The notes under the pieces are model-generated. The model had not been told where the DNA came from. It was given only the letters and a program-made list of their open reading frames with translations, and ran no database searches. A stretch of DNA of 64,000 nt, taken from assembly GCF_009914755.1 (NCBI RefSeq), contig NC_060925.1, one strand, 5' to 3'. The translations under genes were made by a program, and so were the position numbers. Every line of letters starts with the position of its first letter. Position 1 is the first letter of the stretch. The DNA comes from the human T2T-CHM13v2.0 reference genome, Homo sapiens. Below are positions 13,882 through 29,547 of the stretch, piece by piece.

Positions 13882-15309
13882 TGTCATTTACCTCAAAAGG
13901 ATGTTCCCACCATTTTGGCCTTGGAACAATTTATTCTTATGACTGGAGAGCATTTGCAACATTTCTTTAAGCAGCTATCTCTGTCCTCAGGATTCCAGAA
14001 TTTTTATTTGCCTCCACCCAACCATGATGGGAGTAACTGACCTAGATCTACTGTGAACCAAATGTCAAAAAGTACCTCCTCTGCCCTGAGAAGCCTGGTG
14101 GACTCCAGCCTGCGTCAACTGTGACATCTCAGCGCTGCTGTTGGTCTGTAAACCAGCCTTCCCTGTAGCTGTTCTCTACCCTCTAAAGCCTTTATTATCG
14201 TCAGGTTCTATTCTGGGTGGAGTGGAATATTAGTCTCTGTAGTGAAACTGAGCAGGGCCCCCATACTGGGAGAGCGGTGTTCTGAGGATAAAAACCAACA
14301 ATGTAGTGCCTTCTGCTTTAATGAGTTTATCTTTGTTTCTCCTCTTCAGAAAATGAAATGCCCTTGCCCCAAATTTCTCTCAGTGTTGGCTTTGCAGGGC
14401 TCCTCTCCTCGTGTTCTGGGCTCATTAAATTAAGTTTCTGTTGATAACCTTTGGCCAGACCCATCTTCAGGAAGACTCTAAAGCATGTTAATAAGCCAGA
14501 CTTTAAAGGCAGCAAAGATCTCCAGGCCCATGGTCCCTTTCATGCCTCAGCGGATTCTATGGCAAAAGGATGACACGACTTTTATCAAGGCTTTGGCTAC
14601 ATTCATATCTCATGACATAGATTTTTTTTAAAAGCAGAATTTCAAAGAGTCCTCTTTATCACCATATCTTTAGTCTTTCTTAACGGTTCATATGGATATT
14701 TCCTTAGAAGTTGTATAATCAAAGTCATAAAGTCATTTGTACATTTATATAATTTTTTATCTTCAGGGGCTCAGAGTTGGGAGAATTGTGTCTTTAAAAG
14801 CAATTGCTGATAAAAAGACCAACTTCAAATCAGCCCTGACCTTTTGTTCAACAGCTCCTCCTGTTACAGAACACATTCAAATAGCTATTTAGATATTGGA
14901 GGGGAGAAAATTCCATTGATTTTCATAGTTAGGGGGGTTGGTTGTTTCTGTAGAAAGGATTGGTGCCGAGAGGGGGTTTGGGCCCTGCTTTTCTCAGCCA
15001 CACTCTAATTGAGGCTCTGAGCCCTTATGCCTGTGGGGTGGCACAGGCTGCTGGCAGGCCCTTTTGGTTTTCGTGGCTCCAGCTGAGGGGTTTGCTTGAA
15101 ATAAAGTGCCCACAGGTATATGAATATGTCTGGGAGCAGGAAGAGGACAATTTCAAGAGCTCATTAGACTCGGCGATTGCTGGGAAATAGGAGAATGCAT
15201 TTCATGGGAGTTCCCATGCTGTCTTAGGATCCAGGAGCTCTGGCTCCCAGGCTGTCACCTGGAAACCTCCCGAACCATGTGCCCTTCTCCTGCTATTTAG
15301 AATGTATAA

Positions 15310-15545
15310 TTCAGCAAACTGTTTATTGGGTTCCTGCCATGTACCTGGCACCATGATCTGCACTCTTATATACATTATCTCATTTCATGCTTTACACTCA
15401 GTGAGGCAACTGTCTTTATCCATAGCTTATGTAATGAGGAAACAGATTCAGAATGGTTAAGAAACATACCCACAGTCGGTCAGCTTGGGAGTGGAAGACC
15501 TGAGACTTGTAACCGGGTCTTTGCTAAGTCCAGTCTTTTCTCCAT
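15310..15545 (-). mobile_element. MIR
   Basis: tttattgggttcctgccatgtacctggcac...atgaggaaacagattcaga. Confidence 0.75.
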
Positions 15546-15949
15546 CAGAGTGTATCTTACCCACTTCTAAAATAAGCAGGTATCCTCTCAACACCCATGG
15601 CCTGCAGCCATAGGCCAGAGGAGCATGTGCTTTGGATTCATGGAATTTCTTATGAACAGCTGGCTACTCTCTATTCCATCCCTTGTCAGAAAATCCTTAC
15701 TGACATATGTACTAGCTAGCAACCTAAAAAATGTTTATAAAGTGCCTAGAACAGTACCTGGCTAATAGTAGACATGCAATAAAGCACTGTTATTACCAGC
15801 GGCTTTCTGGGTTTATTAAGGCACTTGCACAAAATGCTCACAGTTCCTTTAGCAACTTTGAACAAGTACTAGATACTAATAGGCTTATGATTTATTTTCC
15901 TCTTTAACTAGTTAATAATCATTGGTTAGATAAACCATTTTTCCACTTA

Positions 15950-16140
15950 TCGTATTACAGGCTAAGCTCTTTACATATTATTTTATTTAATGCTCTCACA
16001 ACTTCTGAGGGAAGCATCATTTCCTCAATTTAACAGAGTGGAAAACTCAGAGAGGAGTTTTCTTTTGCTTACTCAAAGTAAGCGGGAGTGCTGAGATTCG
16101 AAACCAGGCCTGTTAATGCTAAGCACCTTGCTCCCTCTAC
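15950..16140 (-). mobile_element. MIR
   Basis: gctaagctctttacat...gaaaactcagagagg...gagattcgaaaccagg. Confidence 0.7.
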
Positions 16141-16255
16141 CCTTCCTCTCAGTGATCAACAGCTTTGCCAGGAACAGGCTCTGCTCAGATTCCAGCATCT
16201 GCCACGGGGCTCAGAGATTTTTGTTTACCTTAAGCCCCAGACGTGGGTAGTAGAG

Positions 16256-16432
16256 TAGTGATTTTCCAATTTTGCTGCACATTAGAATCACCTGGATAGA
16301 GGAAACTTTAAAAATCCTAATACTCAGATCATACCCCACACAGATGAAATCTCTGGGGATGAGAGCCAGCAATTTGTATTTTTAAAAGATCCCCAATTGA
16401 TTCCAATCAACAGCAACCTTAGCAAACTGCTG
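16256..16432. mobile_element. MER5A
   Basis: gctgcacattagaatcacctgg...aatctctgggg...tgattccaat. Confidence 0.75.
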
Positions 16433-18036
16433 TCCTAGGCTCTCGGGGACCCCTGACTTCTAGAATCCCAAAGTCATTTTGGATAGTTGTGGACCAGTGC
16501 ATGTATCTTCAAAACAGCTGGCTGCTGGGGACAGAAAGAACTATGCTGAATCTAAGAGGCATCCTCCAATTGGAGTGCAGGCCCATGAATTCATCGTAAG
16601 TTCCCAAGCACTTACTCTCTGTTAAAGCTTTAACACTGTGCTGAAGGTGGCTCTGACTCTATCGGGCAAAGCCCAGAGGTGTAAGCAACAGCTGTGTGCC
16701 AAACAAAACTGCCCTGGAGTTTGCATGGCAGATCATGTCTTTACTACCATGAGCACCATATATATGAAGAGGCATGTGCTTTCACACATTATTCACAGCC
16801 ATCTGCCCTGCTCTCATACACAAGCTCCAAATTCTCCTTTCTTTTGCCGACTGTCACCATGTGGCCTTTGCTGATGATTTATACATCATACCCTCCATTA
16901 ACCGATGGGAAACGTACTCATGGTAATTTCCTTCCATCATCTCATTCCTAGTAGGCTCCCAAATAATTTCACAAAGTGTGGTCTTTTGGTTAAGTTGTTA
17001 ATGAAGTGAGCTCTAATTAACATTAGGAGTGTCCTTCATACACAGTCTAAGAGAATGGCAAGATCTTGAAAAGCTCCATCATCATTAAATTAGTAAATTA
17101 TTATTGCAGCAGCCTATGTGTGTTCTAACTTTTGATTTAAAAATTATCGTAGTGGGTTGATATGTTGTGTTTATCTTCTGCTAATTGAACGCTACCTTGC
17201 ATTTAATCACAGTAAATTGGCCTTCCCTGTAAATAGATGTAAGGAATATTAACGCTTGTTAAATCTCAGAAGCTCTGGAAGTGATGGGAAAGATGGGGAG
17301 GAGAGAAGGGGGCTGTGGAGGAGAACTGGGACCTACCTGGAGCCATTAGCCTCCACTGTGTAGTGTTCGCTTTAGAGGGTTAAGTTGCAGCTCTCTTCAG
17401 GTGTCAGAGATGCAGCCAAATGGCCAAGTTTTTGGTTCTGGGTTGGGTGCACCCAGGAAATCTAGAAAAAGGTAGTAATGGCCTCAACCACACACAGATA
17501 AATCCCTCTTTGAAACAGAGCAATAAATAAAAGGGCTCAGGGAGATGCCAAGCTTCAGAGTTGCTCTTGTCAGCATCTCTGCAGGAGCTGCCAGCTTGGG
17601 GGGCCTGCTGTCAATTAGGCAGTGACAGGAAATGAACAGGTAAGAGCCAGGCTGATGGCCACCACATTGTGTCCAGGGGGAGACGGTTGATTATCTCTGG
17701 AATGGAAAATGGGATCAGAATGGAGTTTTCCAATGGGAGAGGAGTTCAGAATGAAAATGTTAGTCTTTACCATGCCAAAACAGATTTGATTTTTATCTTT
17801 AGTATAGTCTCTGGTTGCCTTGGCTGACTTCCACCCTTCTCCATTGGCTCACATTTGCTGCCTTGGTGGACATTTCTAGCAGAGCCTATCCATTCCCTAG
17901 CCATTTCTCCTGAATGTCTCCTCTGCTGCAAGCTTTGCTCCAATCAGCTGCTATTTGCCCTGATCCTATATAACTCTCATACATTATAAACATCTTAAAG
18001 AAATGGTCGCCTTTCCCTTGGACTCCAGAAATCAGC

Positions 18037-18265
18037 TAATAATAGTAATAATAGTAACAGCCATGTTTATTCAATGCTTGTATGTGCCAGGCATGTGCTA
18101 TAAGCTTTATACATCTTTTCTCATTTAGTGCTTTCTGCAAACCTCTGAGTTAGGAATTATTAGCACTGTAATTTGACCAAGGTCAAAAAGAAGGCAAGTG
18201 CAGTACTATGAACTCAAGTTGTCTGACGTAAAATAACCTGCATTTAAGGACTATTTTATCTGCCA
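18037..18265 (-). mobile_element. MIR
   Basis: taatagtaac...tatgtgccaggc...ccaaggtca. Confidence 0.7.
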
Positions 18266-18509
18266 CTTTCAACTGTAAGATGCAATTCTTTCCTCCTCAC
18301 AACCTACCCTTTTATCTTATATTTCTTTTTCTTTATTGTTATCGCCATCATCAAACATTTGCTAAGGGCTTTCTAAATAAAAGGCACAAGACTCTGCACT
18401 AAGAAGATGCAAAAATATATAATGTAATCATGGAGCTAGAGAGGCTAGTGGCCAAGTGGGGAGGGAGGTGGGAAGTATTATGTTTAAAATTTTTTTTTAA
18501 TTTAAAAAG

Positions 18510-19520
<1,011 letters not shown>

Positions 19521-19689
19521 AATGTTGCTTTCAAAAACATACGTAGAGCAATTAAAAAAAATACATGGCCGTATATGCTAAGTGGTCTAGGTTCAGATCA
19601 TAGAAACTAAAGGAGTTCAGAGGAGGAGGAGAGCTAAGGTCACCTGGTCTGTATTTTGGCCGAGTCTCTCACATTTCTGCATGAAGTCT

Positions 19690-20330
19690 CCCTCTGAGCT
19701 AAGCCAAACTGTGCTACTTCTCATTTTCTCTATATTCTCTTCCCATTCCTACTTCTGTGCCATTGCTGAAACTCTTCCCTTGGCCTGGCCTTCACTTCTC
19801 CACATCTGCAGTCCTATGCACACTGTCAGGCTTTGCAGAAAATGCCAATTCGGATAACACCCCCAGTTGCCTCACGCCCCCCCCTTCTCTAACACTTTTG
19901 TTTCTTTTATATTCTACCTCTTATTATGGTTGCTGATGTACAATGTCTTATCTCCTTACTCAACGTTAAAGCTCCTCGAGGGCAAGACCACACGTTGTCC
20001 TTTGCAGTAGACTGAAGACACACAGCCTTTCAACACCTGTCTCAGTAATTCATGCGCAGAAAGTCTTAACTGAAGTGAGCTTTGAGGGAAGAATAGGACT
20101 CAAGTGGAGACAGAGTATTCCAGGAAGGGGGAGCAGCATGAGCAGGATCTTGATGTAGAACCTGCGTGTCATGTTTGGGGAGAGGTGAGTATGCATGCTG
20201 GCATGGCTGGAGGTGCGGATCGTGGAGGAGTTGGGAAATCAACTTGGAGATGAGGAATTGGAGACAGATTTTTCACGAAGGGTCCTAAACAGGCTACGGA
20301 TGCTGACCCTTCTTTTGTAGGAAATGTTTT
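19690..20330. mobile_element. L2 fragments (+ then -)
   Basis: aagctcctcgagggcaagacc; attccaggaagggggagcagcatgagc. Confidence 0.55.
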
Positions 20331-20667
20331 CATACTTTACCTTGTACAAGAACCACTAGCAGTGCTTTCCAGAAGTGGAGAGCCCCAGAGCCTACACTCA
20401 GAAATTGTGATTTAGTCAAGAAATCTGGGCAGCTGGGAAGCTGCACTGTTGATAATAATCACAGGAAAATCTTTGGCAGAGGTCTGAGTGCCAGGCGTGG
20501 AGGAGCACAGCTCGACTGGCAATGGGAGAAGCAGAGGGATGTCACAGTAAAGGCAGCATCATTGTCCTTGTCCTGGGGCATAGAAGAGTGGGGAGACGGA
20601 AGAGGACAGCAGGCAGGGTGAGGTCCCTGCAGCCACACAAACACACAGGAGTGAGGAGTACACTTCA

Positions 20668-20768
20668 AAGGTCAAAGCTGCAGCGAGCTGTGATTGTGCT
20701 ACTGCACTCCAGCCTGGGCACCAGAGCAAGACCCTGTCTCAAAAAACAGACAAACAAAAACCAAACAA
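20668..20768 (+). mobile_element. 5'-truncated AluJ right-arm fragment
   Basis: ggtcaaagctgcagcgagctgtgattgtgctactgcactccagcctggg...gaccctgtctc plus A-rich tail. Confidence 0.85.
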
Positions 20769-22254
20769 TTTCACAAAATCTCCCTGGATTTCTCAGGCTC
20801 TGTTTCTCCCTAAGCCCCTCAGGTGCTGGAGCATTGAGTCTCTCAATCAGGCAGTGTGTAGACAGGAGGTAGGGACTGCTCCCAGATGCCTCCCCTTCCT
20901 TGAACAGGCACAGCTGTCCTCCATGGATAACTTCATCACATTGAGTTTGGTTTTTTTCCTCAGTCTTTGCTTTGGGAGACTGGGCTTCCTTGGTGATGCT
21001 TGTGGAGAATTTTCCTGCTTCAATTGAAAGAAAAATTCAGATGACCCTCTGGGGTAAATATTCCCATTTCACTTACTGCAGAATTCTTACCATCTGTTTT
21101 TCCAAGACAGTTGTGGAAGATATTATGGGCTTATTTGTGCATTTAGGACATACACAGAAAGGACAGAGACCCAGAATTGCAGGACTTCTCTGTGCCTCTT
21201 CCAGGACGCGAGTGTGGCATAAAGAGGAAAGGGAAGCCTGCTTAGAAACAGGCCCAACAACAGAAGCCTCCAGGTAAAGGTACTGAGGAAGGGGACTAGA
21301 AGGAAATAGTTGCTCCTGAGGGGAGTAACTCAGAGAAGCTGGTTGTATCTGTTAGAAAGACAAATCTAAATGACTGAAATTTCAAAAGCATCTAAGGCAT
21401 CCTTGCCCCATCGATGGAGTTTCTTGCTACTATTATTTAATATTTATCTGCATTAAGTTTTTGCTTACCTTTTGTAATCCTCATAATGATGCCCTGAGTT
21501 AGGTAATACTACTACCCTGTGCAGACAAGGAGACTGCGGCTCAGCGTGGCTAGGCCTTTGCTGAGTGCATACAGCTAAGATTCCCTGAGTGAAAATCTGG
21601 GATGGGGGTGGTGAATAGAAAAGAAGGGGAAGGATAATAAAACTCTTTAATTAGGATTCAGTGATCTGTGGAGATACTAATTTTTGTTTGGAACTGCAAT
21701 GCGGTATGTCACTAGAAAGGACCAGTCAGGGCTGTTCATCTGCAAACTGGAATGGGAGTAGACACAAAGGTGGGGGAGTGAAAGACAATTAGAGAAGAGT
21801 GAAAGATTCTGAAAAATGTTGAGGTACAATAACCTTTTATTAAATAAAGGCTCTTTGCCTTAAACTCGTCCCCTAGAGTAAAGGAAATGCCTGGGTTTTC
21901 ACCCCATTGTAATATTGTAATAAAAACAGTTTTCGCATCCTGCCATATTGAGCCTGCTTTATACTGACCCAGCCTCTACGAGATGAGAGAAGATAAACTC
22001 ATAACTGCAAAGGTGTGTCTTAAGATGGCAAAACCCCTCAGCCCTTTTGGAGTGAAGTTTATTTTCAGCACCATCCCCATTCTCAGAGGCCCTTGGCTTC
22101 TGCTCCCCACTGTGTATTTAGGAGATGAGGAGGGAAGGAAAGCTCTCTTCTTGTGGGTTAACCTGAGATCCCAGTAGAGCTTCCTAACCTGCCCTCTCAG
22201 GTCCATGTTTTGCTACTTGAACTCCTGCCTTTCAATCACATAGTGCTCCTCTCT

Positions 22255-23090
22255 CTCATTCATTTATTGAAAACTGAGTTGTGTAAGCCCCAAGCACAGT
22301 GGAAGCCATGACATAGGGATAAATGAAAAATAGCCTCTGCCTCCTGAAGAGCTTCAACCAAATGAGGAAAACAGCATGTTAAACAGTTGCAATGCAGTGC
22401 AATAAATGCTATGATATTACAAGATTCCATGGGGACTCAGAGGAGAGAGTAATTAGCCATGCGCAGCGGAGCTATGACTCAGAGGAGGATGTCACAAGCT
22501 GGATCTTGAATGAAAGGAGATAGGATTGCCAAGAGGAGAGGGGAGAAGTGCGCTTTCTGCAGAAGAAATGGCATATACTGAAGGGATGAGGTTTAAAGGA
22601 GAAGGACGTGTTCAAGAGCATATTTTTGCTCATGCAGAATGCTCACTTTGTTATCTGGACATACTCATTACTTAATACCCAGCAGTTGTTTTTATTGTTG
22701 TTGTTGTTTGGGGCAGACTTGGCACCAGGTTACCAAAGGCCTTGTAAGATTGGCTGTGTGTGTGTGTGTGTGTGTGTATGGACAAGTGAGGATCATCGAA
22801 TAGTTTTTCTGTGTTTCATAACTGCGTTTGGTGGGTTTCATAATTGCATTTGCTTATTTAGATACTCAGGCTGCAAAGCCAAGAATGGGTTTTCAAGAGC
22901 AAGATTGGCATAGAAAAGCCAGTTGGAGAGGCTTCACCAATCCTTCAGAAAGCAGTGCTGCGGGCTAAGAGGCAGAAAGGATGGAGAGAAGTGGACGAAT
23001 TTGAAGAAATTTTAAGAAATTAAGCCAACAAGACTCAGTGGCTGATTGGATGGGAGGTGAAGGAGAGGAGAAGTCAAGATCACTCTCAGA
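22255..23090 (-). mobile_element. L2 3' region with internal (TG)n at ~22755-22777
   Basis: cattcatttatt start, ctctgcctcc...gagctt, gatggagagaagtggacgaatttg, ctgattggatgggagg. Confidence 0.65.
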
Positions 23091-24579
23091 CACTACAGAA
23101 GTTAGGGCTCTCATGACTGAAGTTATGAAAAACAAACTGTCCCATCCATGGATAAAAGACTTGCCTGAGTAAGCAAGGGAAAAAGAATATGAGCCAGGAA
23201 TTCCTGGCCCCTCTCTCTTGTGTGCACTGCCTCTGCTGGCTGGAATGCTGTGTTTATACTTAAGAGCTCTTTGACACTCTCCAAACCATGGGTTTCAGCA
23301 AGACCACCCAGGGGAGAGCTCAGAAAGCAATGGGATGCTGTGTTAACAGGATGCAGAAGTCTCCAGGCAAGAGAGTGTTTATAGTTTAGCTTTGCCCTGG
23401 GCTTGATCTAAGATACTGCCTACATTTGACCTTGTTCCAGCTCCACTCTGACATCATCTCCTGGTCATTATTGACCTTTCCGCTCAGATCAGGCATGGAG
23501 GAGGAGGTGGAGGGAGTGGGGGTGCCTCATCTGCAGGGGAAAACAGAAAGTAAGAGTGATTTGTAGATCAAGAGACAGCCTGACTAGGGCCACCTAAATT
23601 GAATTCCCAAATGGAAACTGGGAGTCTGCTTGAGAATGCAGTTTAATTAACTGTGATGTTCAGATTGCTCCCCATCTGAGTGAACATGATGGACTGCTCT
23701 GAGAGCATAGCTTGGCAGGGCTGTGGTGCAGGAGCTGAAGAATCATCTTTCACAAGGAAGCAAGGGGTCATGGACTCAAGCCAGGTGCACAGGCACCTGC
23801 CTTCGCGACCTGGCAAAGAGAAGGTACACAGAAAAGGGGAGGGGGTGCAAGTATTTCACTCTTGGAGTCTATGAAAGAGACAGAAACTGGAAGTAGAGAG
23901 TGAGAAGCCCTCAGGGGATTTTATGCCTGTGATATAACAGAGCTTGGAGTTTGAAGAGAACTTAGACAATATTTAGTCTGATTCCTCCATTGTGCAGAGG
24001 TCGCAAGTTGTTAACTGGCAGAGCCAGAACACAAACCCAGTCTTTCTGACTCCAGAGGCCTTAGAATGTAAGTCCTGTACCTCCTGCCCAGACTCAGGAA
24101 GTGGAGAGCTGAGCAACAATCTGGTTGATTTCATCAGGATCATTGTCCGACCCAAATAACAGCCTTCCAATCCCTCAAAGACAATTATTTTTCTTTAATA
24201 GCTGACTCTTACTCCTCTGCCCTCTGAACCTAGTTTCCCTGCTGGAAATCGTTTAGATTATATTCATAATAAGAGGACCAAGTAAAAACATGGGAAAAGA
24301 GAGTATTTTCTCCTAGTTGTTCTGTTTTTCTTTCTCCCAGCCAGGTGGTATTTTCCTGTCAAATGTCGGGGCCTCAAATAGATCAGGAGCTCTCCCCATC
24401 TTCCTAAGTCTCTGTTAGGCAACACTCTGTAGATGGGCCTTTTCCTTTTCACACCGTTCATATCAAAGTTTACCTGTTCAAGGGTTTCTCTCCTCTGAGA
24501 TCATTGTTATTATGAAAAAGATATATCTGCCAAGATGTTCATAATGACCAATGATACCTTAACTTGATAACTTTCATAC

Positions 24580-24985
24580 ATTTTTTAAAAAATATTTTTA
24601 TTTAAAAATCAACATATGATCTTGATTTAAAAAGAGAAATAGTACAAAAGAGAGTACAGTAAAATGCTAAATGCATGCCCCAAACTCCAAGTCACAATTT
24701 CCAGGCCAGAAATTATGTCTTTCCCAAACTAGTTTATGTATACACAAGCATATAAATGTATATTTTAAACACATTTAGAACCACACCATAGATACTCACC
24801 TGCTACTTGACTTTTCCATTTAAAGATGTGTCCAGATTTGTTTCCACATCAGAATATATAGGTCTACCTCTCCTTTTTAACAGCTTCCTTGTCATTTCAT
24901 TGTGTGGATGTACTATAATTTAGGATGATAGGCATTTAGGCTGTTTCTAGTTTTTTTCCACTCTTACAAATGATTTTTAACATTC
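24580..24985 (-). mobile_element. L1ME4-like 3' end
   Basis: tttccacatcagaatatataggtctacctc...tgtggatgtactataattta. Confidence 0.6.
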
Positions 24986-27894
24986 TGATGGTAAAGTACA
25001 TTTTCTGTAAATGCTTTTGCATTGAAGCTCCTTAAACTTAGCAGGGGGAAAAGTAACTCCTCTTACTGAAGCTGGTGGTGCTGGTGGTATTGGTGGGCTC
25101 AAGGGCTGGTGTGTCCTGCCCTTTCTGGTGCACCTCCGAGGAAATGTTCAGGGAACTGCTAAGGGTCCTGGAAATTTGGTTTGAAAGCTGTTGATGTAAT
25201 TGCATATTTACTTTGGCAATGGCATTTATTTATATTTAAAAAGAAGGTTTCTAAAGAATGAACTGCAAGTAGAAGAATTTGGGGCACTACACTAGACTAT
25301 TATTGGAGATGACCTGGTAGGTAACTCTGCACTTCCCATTTCAAAACCACACCAGAGACACTCAATTCACCAATGGGAGGCCAAATAAAAGAGCTCTAAG
25401 CTGGGAATAATGACTACAGGGATCCTGTCTCTTTCTCTTTGTGAATTACACATCATCTTCAAGTCTTTGTTTCAAGATGAGTAAAATGGCCAGAAAACTC
25501 TTGCACCTCTACCAGTTATCATAGAAAATATAGGTAAACTTCTTGGTATTCTAGTTCATGACATGCAGATATAAAACGTGATTCTCATTGTCTTTCTTGA
25601 TCCTTTAGATAATAGGAATTTAGGAGATAAAGTTAATTTGGAGATGAAAAGAAAGATATTGAATTAGACTTTGTATATGTCAAGTTCTTAAGAGGATTTT
25701 TACATGTAGTTCTTGGATTCAGGAGTGAGATCATAGTTGGAGCAATAGAAGCAGGAGTCACGGTGGAGTCAATACATAAATGAATAAATGAATGCCTACC
25801 CGAATGAATAGATGAGAGGGAGGGGCAAAGGGCACCAAACTCTTGGTCAAAATAATCAGTATTTTTCTTGCGCTTATGAAAACATATCTTTTTTTATGTA
25901 CATTTGATTCATTTCTTTTTGAAGCCTGAACTATCCCCTGCAGAATGGCTTAATTTCCCTAATAGTCCAGAGGACTGGGGGATTTTGTCTTGTTTTCTGA
26001 GGCTCAGAATCCTAGCATTGCAGTTGTGCTAACTGAATCCTAGGTCCTGAGTCTTTCTCTGATTAACTTTCCAAGTGACTCAGTTTCTCTAGTGTTGGGG
26101 TCTGCCTTGCCATTGCCTGTTTCTCTACACTTAAGTTTCCCCTAGCGTGATCCTAAAGTCATCCACATCAGAATCGTCAAAGAACTTATTAAAATTCTGT
26201 ACTACACTTAAAGATTAAAAAACTCTGTAGATGATGACTGAGACTCTCCATTTTTAATTGGGACTCAATGTAATTCTTACACACACTAAACAACTATTGT
26301 CCCACACAAATAAGGGCTGAAATTCTTATTCCTGTCTCAGACCCAAGACCTTTTAATTGTCCCATAGCTGACTTCGTGTCTACCTATCTGCTTGTTTCGA
26401 TCTCCGTGTGAAGACTGATGCTGTCTGTTGCCATAGTTTCCAGATAAAGAGTGCCGTCTGCTGGACTGGACTTCTTACTGAGACGTGTAGCTGGTTGTGT
26501 CTTTCTCCCAGGGGCTGGCTCCACCTCCATTAGCTGGTTTTCCTAGGTTCCGACCCTGTTCAATTGGTTCATTTCCCATCCTGCCAATTAGGGTCTTTAA
26601 AAAAGCACAACACTGCAGTCAACGTATGTAAGCAATTATTATGTACCATTGTCTCATTTAATCATTACAGCCCCAACAGATATTATTATTTTGTTACATT
26701 TGCACATATGCTCAAAAGAGTTAGAGTATGACTGTTAATTTCCTGCAAGCATGTAACATTGTGATCTTTCTTGCCATGTCCTTCCGGATCGTCACATCTG
26801 AGTCCTGTCCATCCCTTCAGATCCACAAATCCAGCTTAAGGTTGTTTTCTGGGCAGCTCAATAAAAATGCTACTGGGAATTCTTCATAGACAGATAACCA
26901 GAGCTGGCCCAGGCAAGAAGTTGGCATCTGTGAAATTTGAAATTGATTATGGACTAATAAGGAATCCTAAGTCAGAACGTTCAGGAAATCCAAGTAAGAA
27001 GAACGGCAGACAGGCTATTGGCAACAGGGAAGGGTCCTGAGTTGTAGGGATCTGAGCCTTGCACCAGAACTCAGGAACTCAGTCCTGTTGATGGAAATGG
27101 CTGCCAAAATAGTGCAGCTTCCCAGTTCCAGAGTTAATCACATGGATAAGAGCTCACATCCAGGGATATAGTTATCAGAACAGCAGTGCACAATGATGGA
27201 GCTTTAGAAATAAGTCAAAGACAGTGTGATCAGACTTTAGGCTCCAGGACAGATCCAAACTGGCCCCAAGGACAACTGAATGGGGAGTTGCAGAATAAGG
27301 AGCTGGAGCTCCTTCAATCTCTACTAAGTTCAGTGTCTGTGGGGTGGGGAGAGTGTGGTTAGTAGCTGCAGTTATAGAAAGCATCAATAAGGCTGCGAAG
27401 ACTGGGACCCAGGAAGCCGAGGTCAGATGCTTTGCAGTTACAACAAAGCAGGGTTCTTTGTGTTTTGGAAAAATCCACAGCAATTTCTTGACTTGCTGGG
27501 ATTTAAAACCAAAATCAATTTGTATTAGATTAGCTGTATGTCATTATAGGCCAGGCTTTCAGGCTCCACCAGTTTTAGGTAAATTGAATTGGCAATTCAG
27601 TATCCTATTCAGGTCTGAGGGTCATGCGGCTGACTCCAAGAAAAACATCAACAACAACAGAAAAACACAAACAAAAAACACACAGATCAGACAGGCAGGA
27701 AATGGAGCCAAAGGGCCACAACTTTAGAGGTGCAGACCGATAGCACAAGGAGTCCCTCAGAGGCCATCTTGTCTAACTTCCTGCTTCCAGAAAGGACAGG
27801 CTCAGAGAAGTCTAGAGAGCTGGAAATTTAAACTGTGTTAACAGTTTGCAGAGGAAGAGGGCTGTCCTTGATGCTGACTCAGAAATTTCCTGAT

Positions 27895-28145
27895 ATAATA
27901 CTATTGCTAACCATTGCCAAGCACGTTCAACATGTGTAGTATTGTACTGTGCTCTGTTACAGGTATCACTTCATTTAAGCATCGCCATGTTTGAAGCAGG
28001 TATATTATTGTCACTACCATTCATGAGGAAAGCAAGGATTAGAGAGGATGAGCATATCACCCAAGGTTACCCAGCTGGTAAGTGGTAGAGCAGAATCTGA
28101 GAATAGTTCTTTTGAGGCCAACCATTTTTCCACGTCACACTGAAA
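27895..28145 (-). mobile_element. MIR
   Basis: atgaggaaagcaagg...cccaaggttacccagctggtaagtggtagagc. Confidence 0.75.
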
Positions 28146-29488
28146 TTCAAAGATGGAAGCCTGAACCCCTCTGCATTCCTTGTAGAGACACTTTCCCTAA
28201 ATCTATCTTTTGTCTTTTATGCCTCTCATCCTGTCTTTCCAGAAATTTATTTTTTATTGTTTTTCTGTCCAGAAAATATTTTATTTGGTTTAAGATTATT
28301 TTAACTATGACAAGTAAATATTTCCCAAACAAAATCTCTCTCTTAAAACATTGCTCTATCCCATTCCTAATCCCAGAGAAAACCAACTAAATTAGTTGGA
28401 GGCCTTTGAGCAGAAATTCCTTTATGATACATAAGACATTCAGTATGAAATTCACTGTCTTTTTCCTCTCTCCTCTACCATCCCAACTGCATGGGGAGGC
28501 AGGAATTCAGCACTAGGAAATTCAGAGCCTTCTTCTCCCCACTGTCACTGCCCGTGAGCACATCAGCCCATCCACAGGGACATGTCTGCCACTGTCGTCA
28601 ATTATTATTTCTCAGGCACCCACTGGGTGCCCGGCACATCAGAGAAGAAACGAATTGACTCTGCTTTCAACAATCACCCTGCAAACAGCCAAATAATTTT
28701 GATGTTCTTCAAACATATTATAATTAAAAAATTACATGCTGGGAGAAAAATTATAAGCATTTAATCAGAAGAAAGGGTCAAGCTGATGAAATTAGGGAGG
28801 GAAATGTGTTGGCTTTTATCAATGGAGCCAGTTTCATCACTGTCCTGGTGAAAGCAATCAGATTTGAGGCTAAGATGTTTCCATCAAGTTACCTTTGAAT
28901 TGAGAAAATATAACTCATCTTGTTTGTGCAAAATTGTCTTTAACCTCAGTGCTCCTCTCTGAGGTCACTCTCTTGCAATCCATTTACATGGCCACAGCTT
29001 GCTTCCACTGTGGATTTCAGACCAATGGTGACCTAATATGTAAATGCATTTAAAAAGCAGTTAGCCCCAGTGACAAACTTACCAATACAGTATAAGAGAA
29101 AGCCCTCAGATGGTAACCACTGAGGTATCTGCCAGAAAGAAAATCTGTTTGTAAGCTGGAGTGCTTTTCAGAGAGTCGAATCATTCAAGGAATCAGAAAA
29201 TTGCCTAGGTCTGGGAGCCATGAATGAGAGACCATGGAAATCCAAGAAAAAAACAGAAGAAGCAAATGTGATTTTTTTTTCATTGTCCCCTCTAACAGCT
29301 CTCAAGGCTGGTTATACAGCAGCTGGATGGGTAGGTCTCACATGCTTAAAGAGATCTTGTGCTTTCATCTCTCTGGCTCAAACTGACCACCTAGTCTATG
29401 AGTCACTGGGATGGAGAGAAACTTAGCTTGCTGCCCTCTTTGGTGGAGGAAGCCCTGCTCCTCCGCCCAGAAGCAGGGAGACTTTGAG

Positions 29489-29491
<3 letters not shown>

Positions 29492-29546
<55 letters not shown>
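29492..29546. repeat. (GT)27 microsatellite
   Basis: Read directly. Confidence 0.97.

Positions 29547-29547
<1 letters not shown>

Noticed and set aside
22063-22085. REST/RE1 site (TTCAGCACC)
   Set aside because: Left half only; no GGACAG right half
26730-27170. Possible ancient LTR (similarly ~47540-47800)
   Set aside because: Could not define termini, TSD or family from the sequence alone
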